Assembly (NCBI RefSeq): GCF_036321535.1
Contig: NC_087437.1
Location: 70,744,001-70,808,000, forward strand
Direction: 5' to 3'
DNA: 64,000 nt
DNA from: Camelus dromedarius
Taxonomy: Eukaryota
The number at the start of each line of letters is the position of its first letter. Position 1 is the first letter of the stretch. Position numbers and translations under genes: made by a program. The notes below the pieces were generated by a model. It was not told the origin of the DNA, did no database searches, and saw only the letters and a list, made by a program, of their open reading frames with translations. Positions 25,268 to 38,670 of the stretch are shown piece by piece.

Positions 25268-26182
25268 CATTATGCATGATGTCTTCTTGCGTAGTTTTTA
25301 AGTAAGAATCCTATGCTTGGGGAAACCCCTAGAAGTTGGAAAAAAAAAAAGTAGAAATATTGTGAAACAAAAAGTTTTCCTAAGCTAAAAACCTCTTATG
25401 ATCCATTCTGAACACACACTAAAAAGAGACCAAGGAATGTCAACGCAGATCTCACTGAGCTTGTTCTTTGCCACTCGTACAAGGGGAGCAGCCACGTAAC
25501 ATTCAGAAGACATGCTTCACTCAGAGGCTTCCACCTCCTGGACACATACTCATTTTAAGATGGAGCAGCTGCGAAGTCTTGCTTACCAGTTTGATTTGCA
25601 TAGCTCTGAGTTACACAGGAAGAGCAGGACCTGTGGCAAAGCTATCATTAAAGAGAAACAAAGCAGAAGACTGAACAAAGACGACATTCTGTGTGAAGTT
25701 TGAAGTTTAGACTGTTTCAGTAAAACTTGTCATGGGAAGAAAGATGTCCGCCCCTTCCCCCACCTAAAAACAATAGCAGACAAGTGACAAAAGAAGGCTC
25801 CCTGGAGGTAACATCGGAGCAGAGGGTAGGGTGAACTGAAGGCTATGCACGTGAAGGGAGGGGAAGAGGTTGGCATGGACGCAGGAGATGCAGCCAAACA
25901 CCCTGCATTCACAGCACAAAGATCTGTGACGAGGTTGGAATCCCTTTCTTCTCTTCTTCGTGTAATAAAGCAGGACTAGGTCGAGCTGAGGCAAGAGGGA
26001 CGACATCTTGATGAAGCTCAGCTCTCCCAGAGGCTTAAGAAGGCCAGCAGCACAGCTGCGCCAGGATGTTCTCACTGGGCTTTTTATAGTAAGTTCTCCA
26101 GTAGCTCCGTTTTCAGGTGAAAATGTTTTCCAGTGAACTGGAGAGAAAAGGCTTCTGAAGGTGGTGGAAATGACTTTAGTTC

Positions 26183-26405
26183 TTCAGTGGTTAAAATGAT
26201 CAGGGCTTTGGATTAAGGGGAAATAGTTTCAAACCTCTGCTACTTACAGATTTATAGTAAAATATTTAAGTTTCTCTAAGTTTTAGTTTCCACGTGTTGA
26301 AAGAAAGTTTGATAATACACACACCATGGAGCTGTTGTCAAGATGCTATTACACGTGTAAACTGTGTAATGCATGTGGTGTCTGGCAAATGCTTATTAAC
26401 AATGA
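26183..26405 (+). mobile_element. MIR SINE
   Basis: agtggttaaaatgatcagggctttggatt...tttctctaagttttagtttccacgtgttgaaa...tgtctggcaaatgcttattaac. Confidence 0.6.
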
Positions 26406-28170
26406 AGTTTTTATTCAGCAAGGATAGTTATCCATTTCTGCAACATTCTCTAGTCACCCATACCAAGCTCTGCCTAGTTTTACATCATCACTTTCTGTTT
26501 GGTCCTTAACATTCCAACCTCTGTCCCAGCTTTGACTCGCTTCCCCAGGAGCTGTGAGTGCCTGTCTCCAAGCTTCGAAACTTCATGCTTCCATGTTCTT
26601 TAAGAGGTATACCCACAATCACTTATCATTTCAGTACCAGCAATGTACAAAAACCTTAAACTATAAAAAAGAATATGTGACTTTTAGGAAATAACTATCC
26701 TTGTTCTTGAGTTCTGAAGGCATTCTTTATGTTTTATAACACTGAGCCTGAGACCATTCATGTCAGGTGAACAAGGAAGAGGTATTTTTGTTTTATACTC
26801 TCCTCCCAGAAGGTTAAAATGACTCACTAAAAGTCACTCAGCAATCCCAGATGAAGGATCCAATAAGACCATCTTGAATTCTTGATCTGAAATCCTCCAG
26901 GGTCTCCATTTACTATGCAAAAGTCAGCCTAGAGAGGATGACCCCAGTGTTAATTTCACATCATGATATTACCTTTTACCCCGCACCTAAAATGCTTTCT
27001 GGATTTGGATTGGCCCCCTGGTTACCCGCAGAATACAGGGAGAAGGCCATGTAAATTCCCATCTCAACAGTTGAAACAGTCCTTGTCACCAAAACTCTCA
27101 TGTGTTAGATCACATGTCAGTGTCTGTGACATAGTCAGGCCTTGGCTTCTCAGGATCTACTCATTACATGTGAGTTTATGTGCTTTGAAACATATGGCCT
27201 TGATATATGATCCCAGAGCAAAAGAGCAAGGTATTTCAAGCTGGCCACAGTTTTATTGACTCTTACAGGCTTGCTTTGTAGTCTTTCCAATAAACTAGAT
27301 GAGAAATTTCTGATGCTCCAAGCTATCCAGTCCCCAGGACTCCATTTCATGATTCAGAGTCCAACTAAACAACTCAAGAGTGCTTTTGTGTGACACTGTG
27401 ACCACAGGGATAAATAATTGCTTAGTAATTCTCTTTGAGGCAGAAAATTCTAAACATGGAGAAACCATTTCCCCTTAATGGGAGCCAGAAATCCTGTAAG
27501 TGCTTGAAATGGCATTCACAAGTCGGAATGGTAAACAGATAAAAACAGGAGCGCACCAGTTGCACAAATGACTTGCTTGTCACAAACTTGTCATTGCAGT
27601 AATCTAACATTTCTTTCACTGAGCCCGATGGAAAGTATGGAACAAATAGGCCCTTCTGACGTTTTGGCTCTGCCAAGCCTTCCTCCGAGCTAAAGCATCT
27701 GCAGCATCTTCCTGTTCTAGACCCTTTATCTGCTGAAGCTAGCTGATACTGTACATGTCAAAGAAATGTTTGACTGTTGCATTAACAAGTTGATGACAAG
27801 CAAATTATTCCTGCAATTGAAATGCTTCTGCTTTTAGCAGGCTGCCATTTTGACCTTCATCTTATACAGAAGAACCCTAACAGAGCAGAGGTCTGGGGAC
27901 ATACCAGTATTGCTACCCCAGGCTTGTCCCAGTAAACAAGGACCTACCTGTCTGGGGCTTAGGTGCAGCTGTATGGTGCAGTTCCATCAAGTTTATGGGT
28001 TGGCTGTTCTGGTGAAACATAAATGTTGTGAACACAATGGACTGTCCCAAGGATTCCTACTGCTGGAAAAAAATGAGCTGCACCAAAATGCATTTCCTCC
28101 CACACCCCCTCCACCCCAAATAGACACCTGTGCATACACTGGTTTGTACATAGTTTATAAAACATTTATA

Positions 28171-28996
28171 CCGAAGTCCCCCCACCCCTTATCCATGGCT
28201 TCACTTTCTGTGGTTTCAGTTACCTACGGTCAACTGTGGTCCAAAAATATTAAATGGAAAATTCCAGAAATGAACAATTCATTTGTTTTAAATTGTGCAC
28301 CATTCTAAATAACATGATGATATCTCGCACCCAGGATGTGAATGATCCCTTTGTCCAGTGTATCCCACCAGTTAGTCACTTAGTAGGCATCTCGGTTATC
28401 AGATCAGATCGACTGTGACACAGTATCACAGTGCTTGAGTTAGAATCACCCTATTTTACTTAATAATAGCCCCAAAGCACAAAAGTAGTAATGCTGACAG
28501 ATCAGATATGCCAAAGAGAAGTTGTAAAAGTTTCCTTTAATTGAAAAGGTGAAAGTTCTCAACTTCCTAAAGAAAAAAAGTATACTGATATTGCTAAGAT
28601 CTATGGCAAGAATGAACCTTCTATCCACGAAACCATGAAGAAGGAGAAAGAAATTCATGCTAGTTTTGCTGTTGCACCTCAAACTGCAATAGCTATGGCC
28701 ACAAGTCATAGGTGCTTAAATTAAAGTCATTAAATGTACAAAAATATATTTTGAGTCAGAGACAGAGAGACCACATTCACATAGCTTTTATTACAGTATA
28801 TTGTTATGATTGTTCTATTTTATTATGAGCTGTTGTTCATCTCTTGCTGTGCCTAATTTATAAATCAAACTTTTTCCTAAGTATGTATATGTTAAAAAAA
28901 AAAAAAACATGGTGTATGGAGTTCGGTACTATCTGCAGTTTCAGGCATCCATTTGGGGTCTTGGAACATACCCCCTCGAATAAGGGGGAGCTACTG
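28171..28996 (+). mobile_element. MER44/Tigger7-family internally deleted DNA transposon
   Basis: TIRs ccgaagtcccccc...cttatccatgg and gaataagggggagctactg, with TA on the left; MER44 motifs gagagaccacattcacatagcttttattacagtatattg and ggtactatctgcagtttcaggcatcc; decayed transposase N-terminus at ~28465-28710. Confidence 0.9.
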
Positions 28997-29034
28997 TTGC
29001 TGAAAGAGTTAATGAAAATTGTATGGCAGGTTTT

Positions 29035-29197
29035 TTTAAATTTTTTATTGAAGTGTAGTTGATTTCCAATATTAGTTTCAGGTGTACAGCAAAGCGATTC
29101 AGTCATGTATATTTTAAGATTCTTTTCCATTATAGCTGATTACAAGAAACTGAATATAGTTCCCTGTGCTACACAGTAGGTCCTTACCAGTTTTATA
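29035..29197 (-). mobile_element. Very short L1 3' end insertion with 8-bp TSD
   Basis: ttttttattgaagtgtagttgatttccaatattagtttcaggtgtacagcaaag...ttccctgtgctacacagtaggtcctt; caggtttt at 29027-29034 and 29198-29205. Confidence 0.85.
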
Positions 29198-30469
29198 CAG
29201 GTTTTGCCAGTTCTTGGATTTCCTTTTATCAGTAGCCCCACCTCCTCCTCATTTAGTGTAACATCTGGAGCTATCTAAACCTAATCAGAGCCATGCTCTT
29301 ATCCCCTAAAAATGAGGTATGTCCATCAGCCTCCTCACAGAAACCTGTGACAGCCCTTTGTAAGACACCACCAGTTGTCTCCAACGTCAGCAGCCAGTAG
29401 GGAGTGCTCAGACACTGGGCGACTTCAGACTCTTGCCTTTCTGTTTGCGGAGCCCTCCCCTCCCGGGGGACCCATACTCGGTGTTCCCTGAGCATGAGTC
29501 TGGTGGGTCACAGGCTTATCAGCATGCAAACCAGAGCTGGGGGCTGTAACAGAAGCCTCGCCTGTTGCCCCCACGAATTCTGCCTCTGCTGCTGCCTGAG
29601 GCACATCAGCACTTAGAACAATGGAGCATCGGCCTCAGACACTTTGACCTTTTCAGTAAAGCTGAGCTTCTTTTATTCACCAAGGTGTCAGGTGCCCTGC
29701 GTCCTTTTCAGACCCTCCATTAGGGGTGCATTGAGAGTGTCTTATCTGATTTGAATATTGACAGAAAAACGTGCATTCCCAGGCTTACTTTCTGGCTGGT
29801 GCCTCAGGTGCTTTCATTTTTAAAAGTCTTGTGTAAAAATGATTATCATTGTTCAGCCATGAGAACCCAAATTTCTTGCCAGCGTAGTGATGGGGCTTAA
29901 CTCACTTTTAGATTTGACAAGTTGACCACAGTACTGTCTCTCAGATGAAATGTTTACTCCCACCCCAAGTATCTCAGGCTGTAATCTATACCTCAGCTTT
30001 GTTGCCTTAGAAGACAGGTGGGAAGGGTGTGTGAAGAGGGTCCTGTGTTTCACACAGTTAAGGATATTGCCCCTGGAAAGGGAAGCTTGAGGCGGCACTT
30101 GCATCTTACATCTTCTGTAAAAGAAAACATGTAAATGGAGTTTAGTGACTTTTTCTTCCTTCTTCAAGTTCCTAATATGATTTCTATAATGACTTTCTGT
30201 TTTCTTTCTTACTAGAACTTAAATGGCAAAGAAATGATACACTATTTTTGATTCAGGGAAAAAATAAAAAATTTTTATGGAAACTCTCTTTTTAAATACA
30301 CATTAGGGAATAGATAATGGCAACAAAAAAAATTCTCTCTTCCTATTAGTAGGATAGATGATTAGTGTATGTGGTTTTAACATATATTTACTTATTTGAC
30401 TGTTTATTTTTAAGGAAGCAAAAAAGGAAGGAAGAAAATAAAAGCCTTCATGCTGGAGTAATTTCATTG

Positions 30470-30640
30470 GATTCATAGAATTGTGGGACTGGAAAGGAGC
30501 TTTAGGATAGGGCTGTGACTTTGTGTCACACTCCCACTTTAGAGATGTGGACACTGAGACCCAAATATGTCTAATAACATCAACACAACAAGATTGGGGC
30601 AGAGCTGGGCCCAAATCGAGGTCTGACTTACAATACAGCC
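30470..30640 (-). mobile_element. MIR3-like SINE (antisense)
   Basis: attcatagaattgtgggactggaaaggagctttagg...cactttagagatgtggacactgagacccaaa...cagagctgggcccaaatcgaggtctgact. Confidence 0.7.
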
Positions 30641-31431
30641 AACACTTTCTCAGAAATCACATTATATTTTTAAAAAACTTCTTTTAAACAGAGACATCTT
30701 TTTGAATAATCTACATTGATGTACTTAAACCTGATAGGACATTTGCTTTTGGAAAAACTGGGTCTGAAAATTAGCTAAGCCAACTTAGGGATGCATGGTT
30801 GAACAGTTTGGAAGACATTTCTTCCCAAGCTGTATTTTATCTGAGTCGTGTAAGGAACCATTATAATTTCAATGATTTCTTTTCTCTTAACAAGATTTCA
30901 AAGAAACACTTTCTCCATTCTTATTTTAATACCTGAAAACATGTATTTTTAAATGGATCTGCTCCTTTAATAAGTATTCATTTAAGTAGGTCATATTCTA
31001 ACATTCTTGGAGATAAAAAATCTTTTATCAGATTAAAAGAAATCTGATTTTTATTCCCCCTTTTAGCCATGTTTGAGTTGGTCCTTGTAATCATCAGTTT
31101 CAACAAAACACGGAGTTAAAACATCAGCGTTTTTGTTTGTTTTGGTTCTTTTAGTTTAACACAAGGGAAAAAATTTAAAATGCATTTACCTTTCTGCAGC
31201 TATGATAATTATATACTCTTATTTTTCATTTATGCAAAACTTATTTTTGAGGGTTTTCTTTTTGTTTCGTTTCTCTATTTTTGCATTTTCCAAACATCTG
31301 TACCGTGGCTGGTGGCAAGAGTAGCAGTGGCTGGCACTTTTCCTCCACATTTTGAGAGAAAGAGAATTGGCTGGAATAAAACCTTGCTTTCCATATGGTT
31401 GACTTGAAATACAGCATTGAAAAGGTATCGT

Positions 31432-31434
<3 letters not shown>

Positions 31435-31462
<28 letters not shown>
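31435..31462. repeat. Poly-T tract (~28 nt)
   Basis: Read directly. Confidence 0.9.
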
Positions 31463-31829
31463 CTGAAACCAGAGGTGAAACCCAGGAACAAATAGCAATA
31501 TTGATGCCAAACCACCTGTTGATTCACATCAAAAAAAACCTTTGACAATACGTTCCCCACTTCATCAGCTGAAAAACCTAAATGGGTGAATGATCTTTGT
31601 GCATTGGTAGAATACCTGCTGCCGTTCAATCATTTAAGAAAGCTCAGATTCTACCCATGATCAAGAAATGAATTGAAGTTTTACTTTTGATGCAACAAAA
31701 TGATCACTTTTTACGTATGTTTGGCTGTGAAGTGCTTACTGATTCCTGTGAAGAGGAGAAGATGCCACTAGGGAGTTCAGTTTACTTTGATTAATTCTAG
31801 TTAGGAAAAGCAGTAGCCTTTGTATTATC

Positions 31830-34800
31830 AATGTTTTATGTAAAATATTTCAAACATATAAAAATATAAAGAATAAAGTTAACATATGAGAATTCAGCAC
31901 CCGGGTTTAACAAATCTTAATTAATGTGGAAAATTTATTTCCAAATCTGTTTTAATCTTATATTACTCCATTATAAATTATATACAGTGAAGTACGCAGG
32001 TTAAATGTAGAGCTGGTGAGCTTTTATGTAAGTATACATCCGTGTGACAATACTCAATCCAAGATACAAAAATTCACAATAGCTAGGAAGAGTCCCTCGT
32101 GCCCCCTTGCAGGTGATATTCTCCAAAACTTTAACAAAAGGTTAAAAACAAGCCAGACTATTCTGACATCTATCATCATGAATTAGCTTTACCTAAGCCA
32201 TATATTATGGCTTTTATAAAGTGCATTCTACTGTATGTGTCACTAAAATTTAAGTCTCTAATTGTTAAATATTATTTCCAAGAGTTCCCAAACACCACCA
32301 GAATTGTAATGAACATTTTGTACATGTTTGTACACAGAGGGGGAAATGCTGAACTGTAAGATGCATTTTAAATGCATTTAAAATTTTTCACTAAATTTTA
32401 TTTTTTTTTAACTAAAGTTTACTAACTTTACTAAGAACTATAAAATTTCTCTCTTTAAGGGGGTAGTACCAATTTATATTCTCATTAGCAGTCTATGAGA
32501 GCTTCTCCATATGCTTCACAACATTTGGAGTGGCCAAGGGTTTTACATTTTTGTCAGTCTGAGGGGAATAGACTAATATATCATTTAAAAATTTTTTCAC
32601 TTGTAAACCACTGGGATTTCCTCATGTGTGTTGTGTATTTATATCTTTGCCAATCTTTTTATTGGGTTATTTGCTTTGCTATTGTTGTTTTGGACAGCTG
32701 TTGGTTTTGGTTTTGGTTGTTGTTGTAATATTCTGAAGTCTCATCCTTTGGGCAACATAGATTGCAAGTATCTTTTCTCAGTTTATAGTTTTTCTGTTAA
32801 CTGTCTAGAGTAGCACTTATTTTTCCAAGCTTCTAATTTTAATGCAGTTAAGTTTATTGATATTTTCCTATATGGTTTATGCTCTTATGTCATTTAAAAA
32901 AATCTTTCCATGTGACATGATCCTTAAGAAGATCCTATATTTTCTTCTAACAGTTTTAAAGTTTGTCTTTTACATTTAGATCTATAATCTTTTTGGCATT
33001 TAGTTTTGTATATGATATCTTCCATGCACCCTATTTTATTCTTTTTCCATGTGGATGACCCAATTGTCCCAGCACCATTTAACAAATTAGTCATCCTTAC
33101 CCACTAATTTATAATGCCATTTTTTGCCTACATCAAATCTGTTTTTAAGATCTTTATTTCATCCAATGGACTGTTTCTCTACTCTTCTGGTAACCCCATG
33201 GTGCCATAATTACCATAGCTTTTAATAGGGTGAATCTCACTACATTGTTCTTCTTTAAAATTCTCTTGGCATCTCTTGGCCTTTTACTACTCAATATGAA
33301 TTTTAGGCAAGTTTGGCAAAAGCCCTGCTGAATTTTATTTGTATTTACATTAACTTTAGAGAATAATCTGGAGGAGAATTGGTATTTTTATAACACTGTG
33401 TCTTTCTGACTGTTAACAGACTATATTCCTCTACTTAATCAGAGGGTCTTGTTTGAACCTATTTTGTTAGATTTCTTCTCATATAACTTAGATTTTTGTG
33501 CTATTATGTATGGAATCTGTTTTCCGCTTTATTGTTTATTATTAGTTTAGACTCAGCAACTTTACTGAACTCTTTTATGAGTTCTCCTGGCTAAACTGGA
33601 AATTCTCTGAGATTTTCTACATAGACATGTGTATCATCAGTAAATAATATTTGTCTCTTAACTTTCAATTCTTAAATGTTTAATTTCTTTTTCCTGTCAT
33701 ATTGCATTACTGAGACCTCTATATAATACTGAATAGAAGCGGTGATAATAGATATGCTCTGTTTCTTTCTTTAATGGAAATGTATTTGCTTAGGATTGTG
33801 ATAAATCAAAATTATTGTAACAAAGTTATCATCATCTATTTAAAGTTTGCTAAGCATTTTTAATCAAGCATACTAGTTGAATTTTATCTAATGCATTTTC
33901 TTCACCAATAATATGATAAATTTTCCCATTAATATGTTAACATTTTATATAATATTAATAAATTTCCTAATATTGAACATTTCTTACATTCCTGGAAAAA
34001 AAAACTTGGTCCTGGTATACTTTTTTATATCCACAGTTGAGTTTACTTTGCTGATAGTTTATGTAGTATGTTGCATGGAGAGATAGTCTTTAACTTTTCT
34101 TTCTTAAAACTGTTATTGAAGAGTTTTGGTGTCATGGTGATACTAGCCTCATAAAATAAGTTGAGCAGTATTTCTTTCTTATTTTTTTCTATTTAGAAAT
34201 GGTTTTTATATTATACAGATTACCTGTTCTGAAGATTTAGTTAAACTTACCTCTAAAATCATCAGGACTTGGTATTTTCTGTCAGCATAGTGTAGGGTGG
34301 ACTTTTAATTATCAGTTCCATTTTGTCCATGGCTATTGGTTTATTCAAATGTTCTATCTCTTTTTAAGTCAATTTTAAGAATTTTTTTTTTGGAAAATAT
34401 ACAGTTAGTTAATCTACACTTTTAAATTTATGTGTACAAAGCTGTTCAAAATAGTCTTGTGACTTTTAATTTTAATTATATCCCCTTCTTATTCCTAACA
34501 GTATTTACTTTAGCCTTTTCTCTTCTTTCACTTGTTGTTAGACATTTTTGTTTCATTTATTTTTTTTCAAAAACTGGCTCTTGATTTTATTTATCTACTT
34601 TATTATGTCTTTGTATTCTACTTCATTACTTTCTGCTTTTGTCAACATTATTTTTTATTCTACTTTTTAATGTAAACCATTTTTTCTAGATTCCTGAGTT
34701 GAATTATTAGTCATTTAATTTTAATAATTTAAATTATTTTTAAAATGAATTTTTCTCTAAATTCTCATTCAAATTTCTCATTATCTGCATAGCAAGTTTC

Positions 34801-36870
34801 TCATTAGCTGCAGAGCATGTGTTGATATGAAGTTTTCTTCAATTTTAAAAACTTTTTAATATCTGTTTTGATTTACTTTTAACCTTTAAGTTATTTAGAA
34901 GTGTATGTTTCTACTTTCTAAATGTGTATTTGTTCTATTTTTATTACTGATTCTGAATTTAATTGCATTACAATAATAAGATGTGTTTTATATAGTTTTG
35001 ACTGAAAGCAATTTTTTGAAAATTCTTTTGTGACCTTAGTATATGGATTTTACTGCTGGGCTTGAAATCTATAGGTGGCTTATCTTCTTTTAGTACTCAT
35101 GCTAAAATTTTTGTGTGTACACCTAACTACATACTTTTCTAACAAAAAATTAAATCCACTTTTTAGTATTTCTGGCTATCTCCTAAGGAAAAAAGGAGGG
35201 GGAAAAAGGTGTCTAACATGTTTTATCTGCCTCTTCAGTATCACTCTCACTATTGTAATTGTTAAATAGTTTTAGTTTTACTTGTTTTAAACATATAAGA
35301 AAGTGGTTATCATTGATTTTTATGATCAATACTTAATTATATTTACTCATTTATTTTAGTTATTACTGTGCCCACCGTTATTTATGGATTCTGTAGCTTC
35401 TTTGGGGGGCCTACTTTTCTTCTTGTTGAATTACATCTGTTAGTAATTCTTTATGGAGGGCCCTGGGTAGTACACTCCTTATGTATATCTAAAAATGTCT
35501 TTATCTTTTATCTTAAATAGCAATTTATCTGAGTATCTCTGCTCAGCATTTGAAGATATTACTCAATTATATCTTAGATGATTGTTCTGTCAGCTATTAT
35601 TACTTAAGAGAAGTCTGCTATCAATCTATTTTTTCTTCTCTTTGTAAGTAGTCTGCCTTTTCCCTTTCACAACTTCTAAGAGATTTACTATATTGTTAAT
35701 GTCTTACAATTTCTCTGAAATGTGTCTGGATGTGGATTTATTTTGAATTATTGGTCATGAACTCAGGATATTATTTTTTAATTTCAAAAATCTAATTCTG
35801 GAAATTTCTTAGCTATTTTCTTTTCTTTTATTGTTTCTTTGTCATTACCTTCATTTTCTTCTTCTGGGATTTTCATAGATATCTATTGGTGTTTCCTAGT
35901 CAATTTACCATATCTCAACTGCTCTTCCATTTTCTAAAAACATTTTTACTTTCTGTGATTTTTTTTTTCTGACTGAATTCCTTAATATCACTTTCCAACT
36001 CACTTAATCCTCTCCTTGAAATCTCACAATCTTAAATTATCCCATTTACTGCATTTTATGTCAGTGAATTTTTTTTCATTTTTAAGATTTCTGATTGATT
36101 TTTATTCACCTATCCTTATCTTTTTTCTGTCTGTGTTTATTTAATAACTTCATTTTACAGGTATGATTCTTTTATTTATCTCTGTACATTATAAACATAC
36201 TCATGGTGAGGCCACTGTCAGACAGTTCTGTAAAATCAAATTCATTGGAGTGAATGTTCCAATTATTGATTTAGTTGGTTGTTTTTCTTAGCGCTAGATT
36301 TCTTGCTATGTTTTAGAATTTTGTTTTGCCAGGTTAATGTTGGTCATAAGATTTTTGTATTGTCTCTTGGCTCTCTCTCTGTTCATACATCCCTGACTAA
36401 TGGTTTTCCAGTTGCCTCTATCTGGATTCCTGGGTTTCTAGTCTGAATCCAAATATTATAATGGTGATTTTCAGCTTCCCTTTAATAATATTTGCTTATG
36501 AGGCTGTGTCTTTATCCTTCCACCTTTCAATGCCTGCAACTCCGTATAAGCTATTGACCCAGGCAGCAGTTGGCCAAATTTTTTGCAGCTTCTTATTGAA
36601 GTAGTGAGCCAGACTTAGGTCCACCATTTCATATGTAACCTCTGTGGCCCCATTACTCCAAAGAGCTAGACTCCCAGCCACCTCTGTGTGCGTCTGGATT
36701 CAGACTTCTCCAGGCTTAAGGCTTCAATCCCCTCAGTGGTTTTTGTTTCTTTGTAGAAATGATCACTTTTTTTTAAGTCTAACTCTGCCTCTTTGGTATT
36801 TTCATTTTATATTGTATCAGTTTTTTCAGTTATCAGTGTATTTTGGACAACACTCCTTTGATTTTTACCT
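31830..36870 (-). mobile_element. Ancient L1M/L1ME relic, apparently spanning ORF1 region to 3' end; possibly more than one element
   Basis: Continuous T-rich antisense L1 motifs in collinear order: 3' end (~31.97-32.3 kb), ORF2 (caattgtcccagcaccatttaac; ttgaatagaagcggtgataatagatatgct-like; gtcatggtgatactagcctcataaaataagttg), ORF1-like (gagaagtctgctatcaatct; tgtctggatgtggatttatttt); no open frames. Confidence 0.75.
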
Positions 36871-36914
36871 CTCTTTTATTTACACACATCATTTTAAAAC
36901 AAACATTATAAATA

Positions 36915-37145
36915 ATAGTTATTATTATTGAATGTTTAGTGGTGCTAGGCACTGAACTTTATAGATATTATCTCATTCAATCCTCTCTACAATCAGTCAT
37001 TTTTATTCACATTTTATAAACTAGGAAATTGAGATAAATAGGCCAAATAAATTTCCCTTTAGGAAAGAGGTTATAACTAGAAAATGGCAGAAGTAACATT
37101 TGAACTCAATTTTCTCCACTACCAAAACTAGTACTCTTAAAATAC
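36915..37145 (-). mobile_element. MIR SINE (antisense)
   Basis: ttattgaatgtttagtggtgctaggcactgaactttatagatattatctcattcaatcctc...cattttataaactaggaaattgag...catttgaactcaa. Confidence 0.8.
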
Positions 37146-38504
37146 TATCCTATGGTTACATTCTGTGGGCTTTTTTTTAAGCCTATATTATGGTGTTTAT
37201 TTCAATAATAAGTTGGTTAACTTAGTATCTATTGTTGTAAAAATATATCTGGTACTATCTCAGAAATCTTATTTAATATTTTCTGTAGTTTCCTGCATCC
37301 CTGGTGCTCTCTTTTTCTCTTTTGGCATCTATTTTATTTATTTGTTATCAATCTAGGAATTTGAGAGTTTTAAAACATAGTTTATTCTTCAAATAATGAT
37401 TACTGTTATTTTTAAAAAACATTTAGGCCTATTTTTTTAGATTACCAACATTAATGAAATTATACACTGTATGAAATGAGAAATTCAGGATGCTGCCTCT
37501 TCATTCCTCTGCTCCTACCCACTTTCTCAGTTTTTGTTATATTATGGCAGGTATAGATTATTATTTGTTTTTATGATACAGCTGTGGAGAGGATAATCAC
37601 AAAAAGCTGGGTCATTTACTTTGGTCATAGAGAGCTTCTAGCACAAATAGGTGCTTAATAAATATTTGTCGAGTATAAAATGAATAGACCTCTTTTGTGT
37701 GCACACACATGTACACAGAGGAAGAACACATAGCTAAGATCTCTTTAGTCTCCCTCTACTGCTGGATGGCCCACCTATTCATTTAAACCTTAGATTTTGT
37801 AAACTGTGTAACTGCCATATGGTTTAGTATATACTCTTTCTGTCAATACTTTTGTTAGGCAAACACATGCTTTGTGAATCAACACTTTACAATCAATGAG
37901 CTGCCATCCAAGTTAGTTCAGTTCATAGCTATTCCCGTCTGCCCTACCCTATCCCTATAAATAATTAGTGTATTTGGCAACTCCCATTCTCATAGCCCAT
38001 TTCCTTCCAAAATAGTTCATGTTGTTTACTATTTAAATAGAGACATTTTGAAGTAGTTTTTTTTTTTAAGAGTATTTCTTAAAATCCCTAATTGTAGTCA
38101 AAAGAAATCCTTTATAGAAGTTGCTAGGAAAATTGGATTTGCCATTGAATACCACTAGATATTACCAAGAAACTTAATGATGATCTGCAGCATGCTAGAA
38201 TAGAAATATGATGCTTGTATTGTAGCAAAGCAGATTAAATAAAACAATGTAGATTAACAAGAAAAGCAAACTAGTATAAACTGGGTCATTTGCTTATGTG
38301 CAAATTTTATGAAAATTTTAATGACACACTTGATGAATTTATAAGTACATATTATTTGTGTTTATAAGAACACTCAAACCTTTTACATGGCATGGTTTTA
38401 ACAATCTTTTATACATAAGAACAGATTGAAATTAAATGTTTTCCTAGCTGTTTCTATTTTTGAATTGTAAAAATGATTTATTATTATTATTAATCTCTAT
38501 TTAA

Positions 38505-38670
38505 AAGGCACTGAACTGGGAATCAGGAGATCTGATTTCTAGTCCTAGTTCTATTATTTAACTAGCTCTATGACTTTGGGTAATTTGTTGAACTATTTGA
38601 GTCAGTTTCTTCATTTATAAATGTGGAGTTGGGCTTGATGCTCTATAAATTCCCTTCCAGTGCCCATGTC
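38505..38670 (+). mobile_element. MIR3-like SINE
   Basis: gcactgaactgggaatcaggagatctgatttctagtcctagttct...ctagctctatgactttgggtaa...tcagtttcttcatttataaatg. Confidence 0.8.

Noticed and set aside
27850..28308. Longest ORF in the track (152 aa)
   Set aside because: Non-ATG start, runs into the MER44 terminus, no recognisable domain; compatible with chance.
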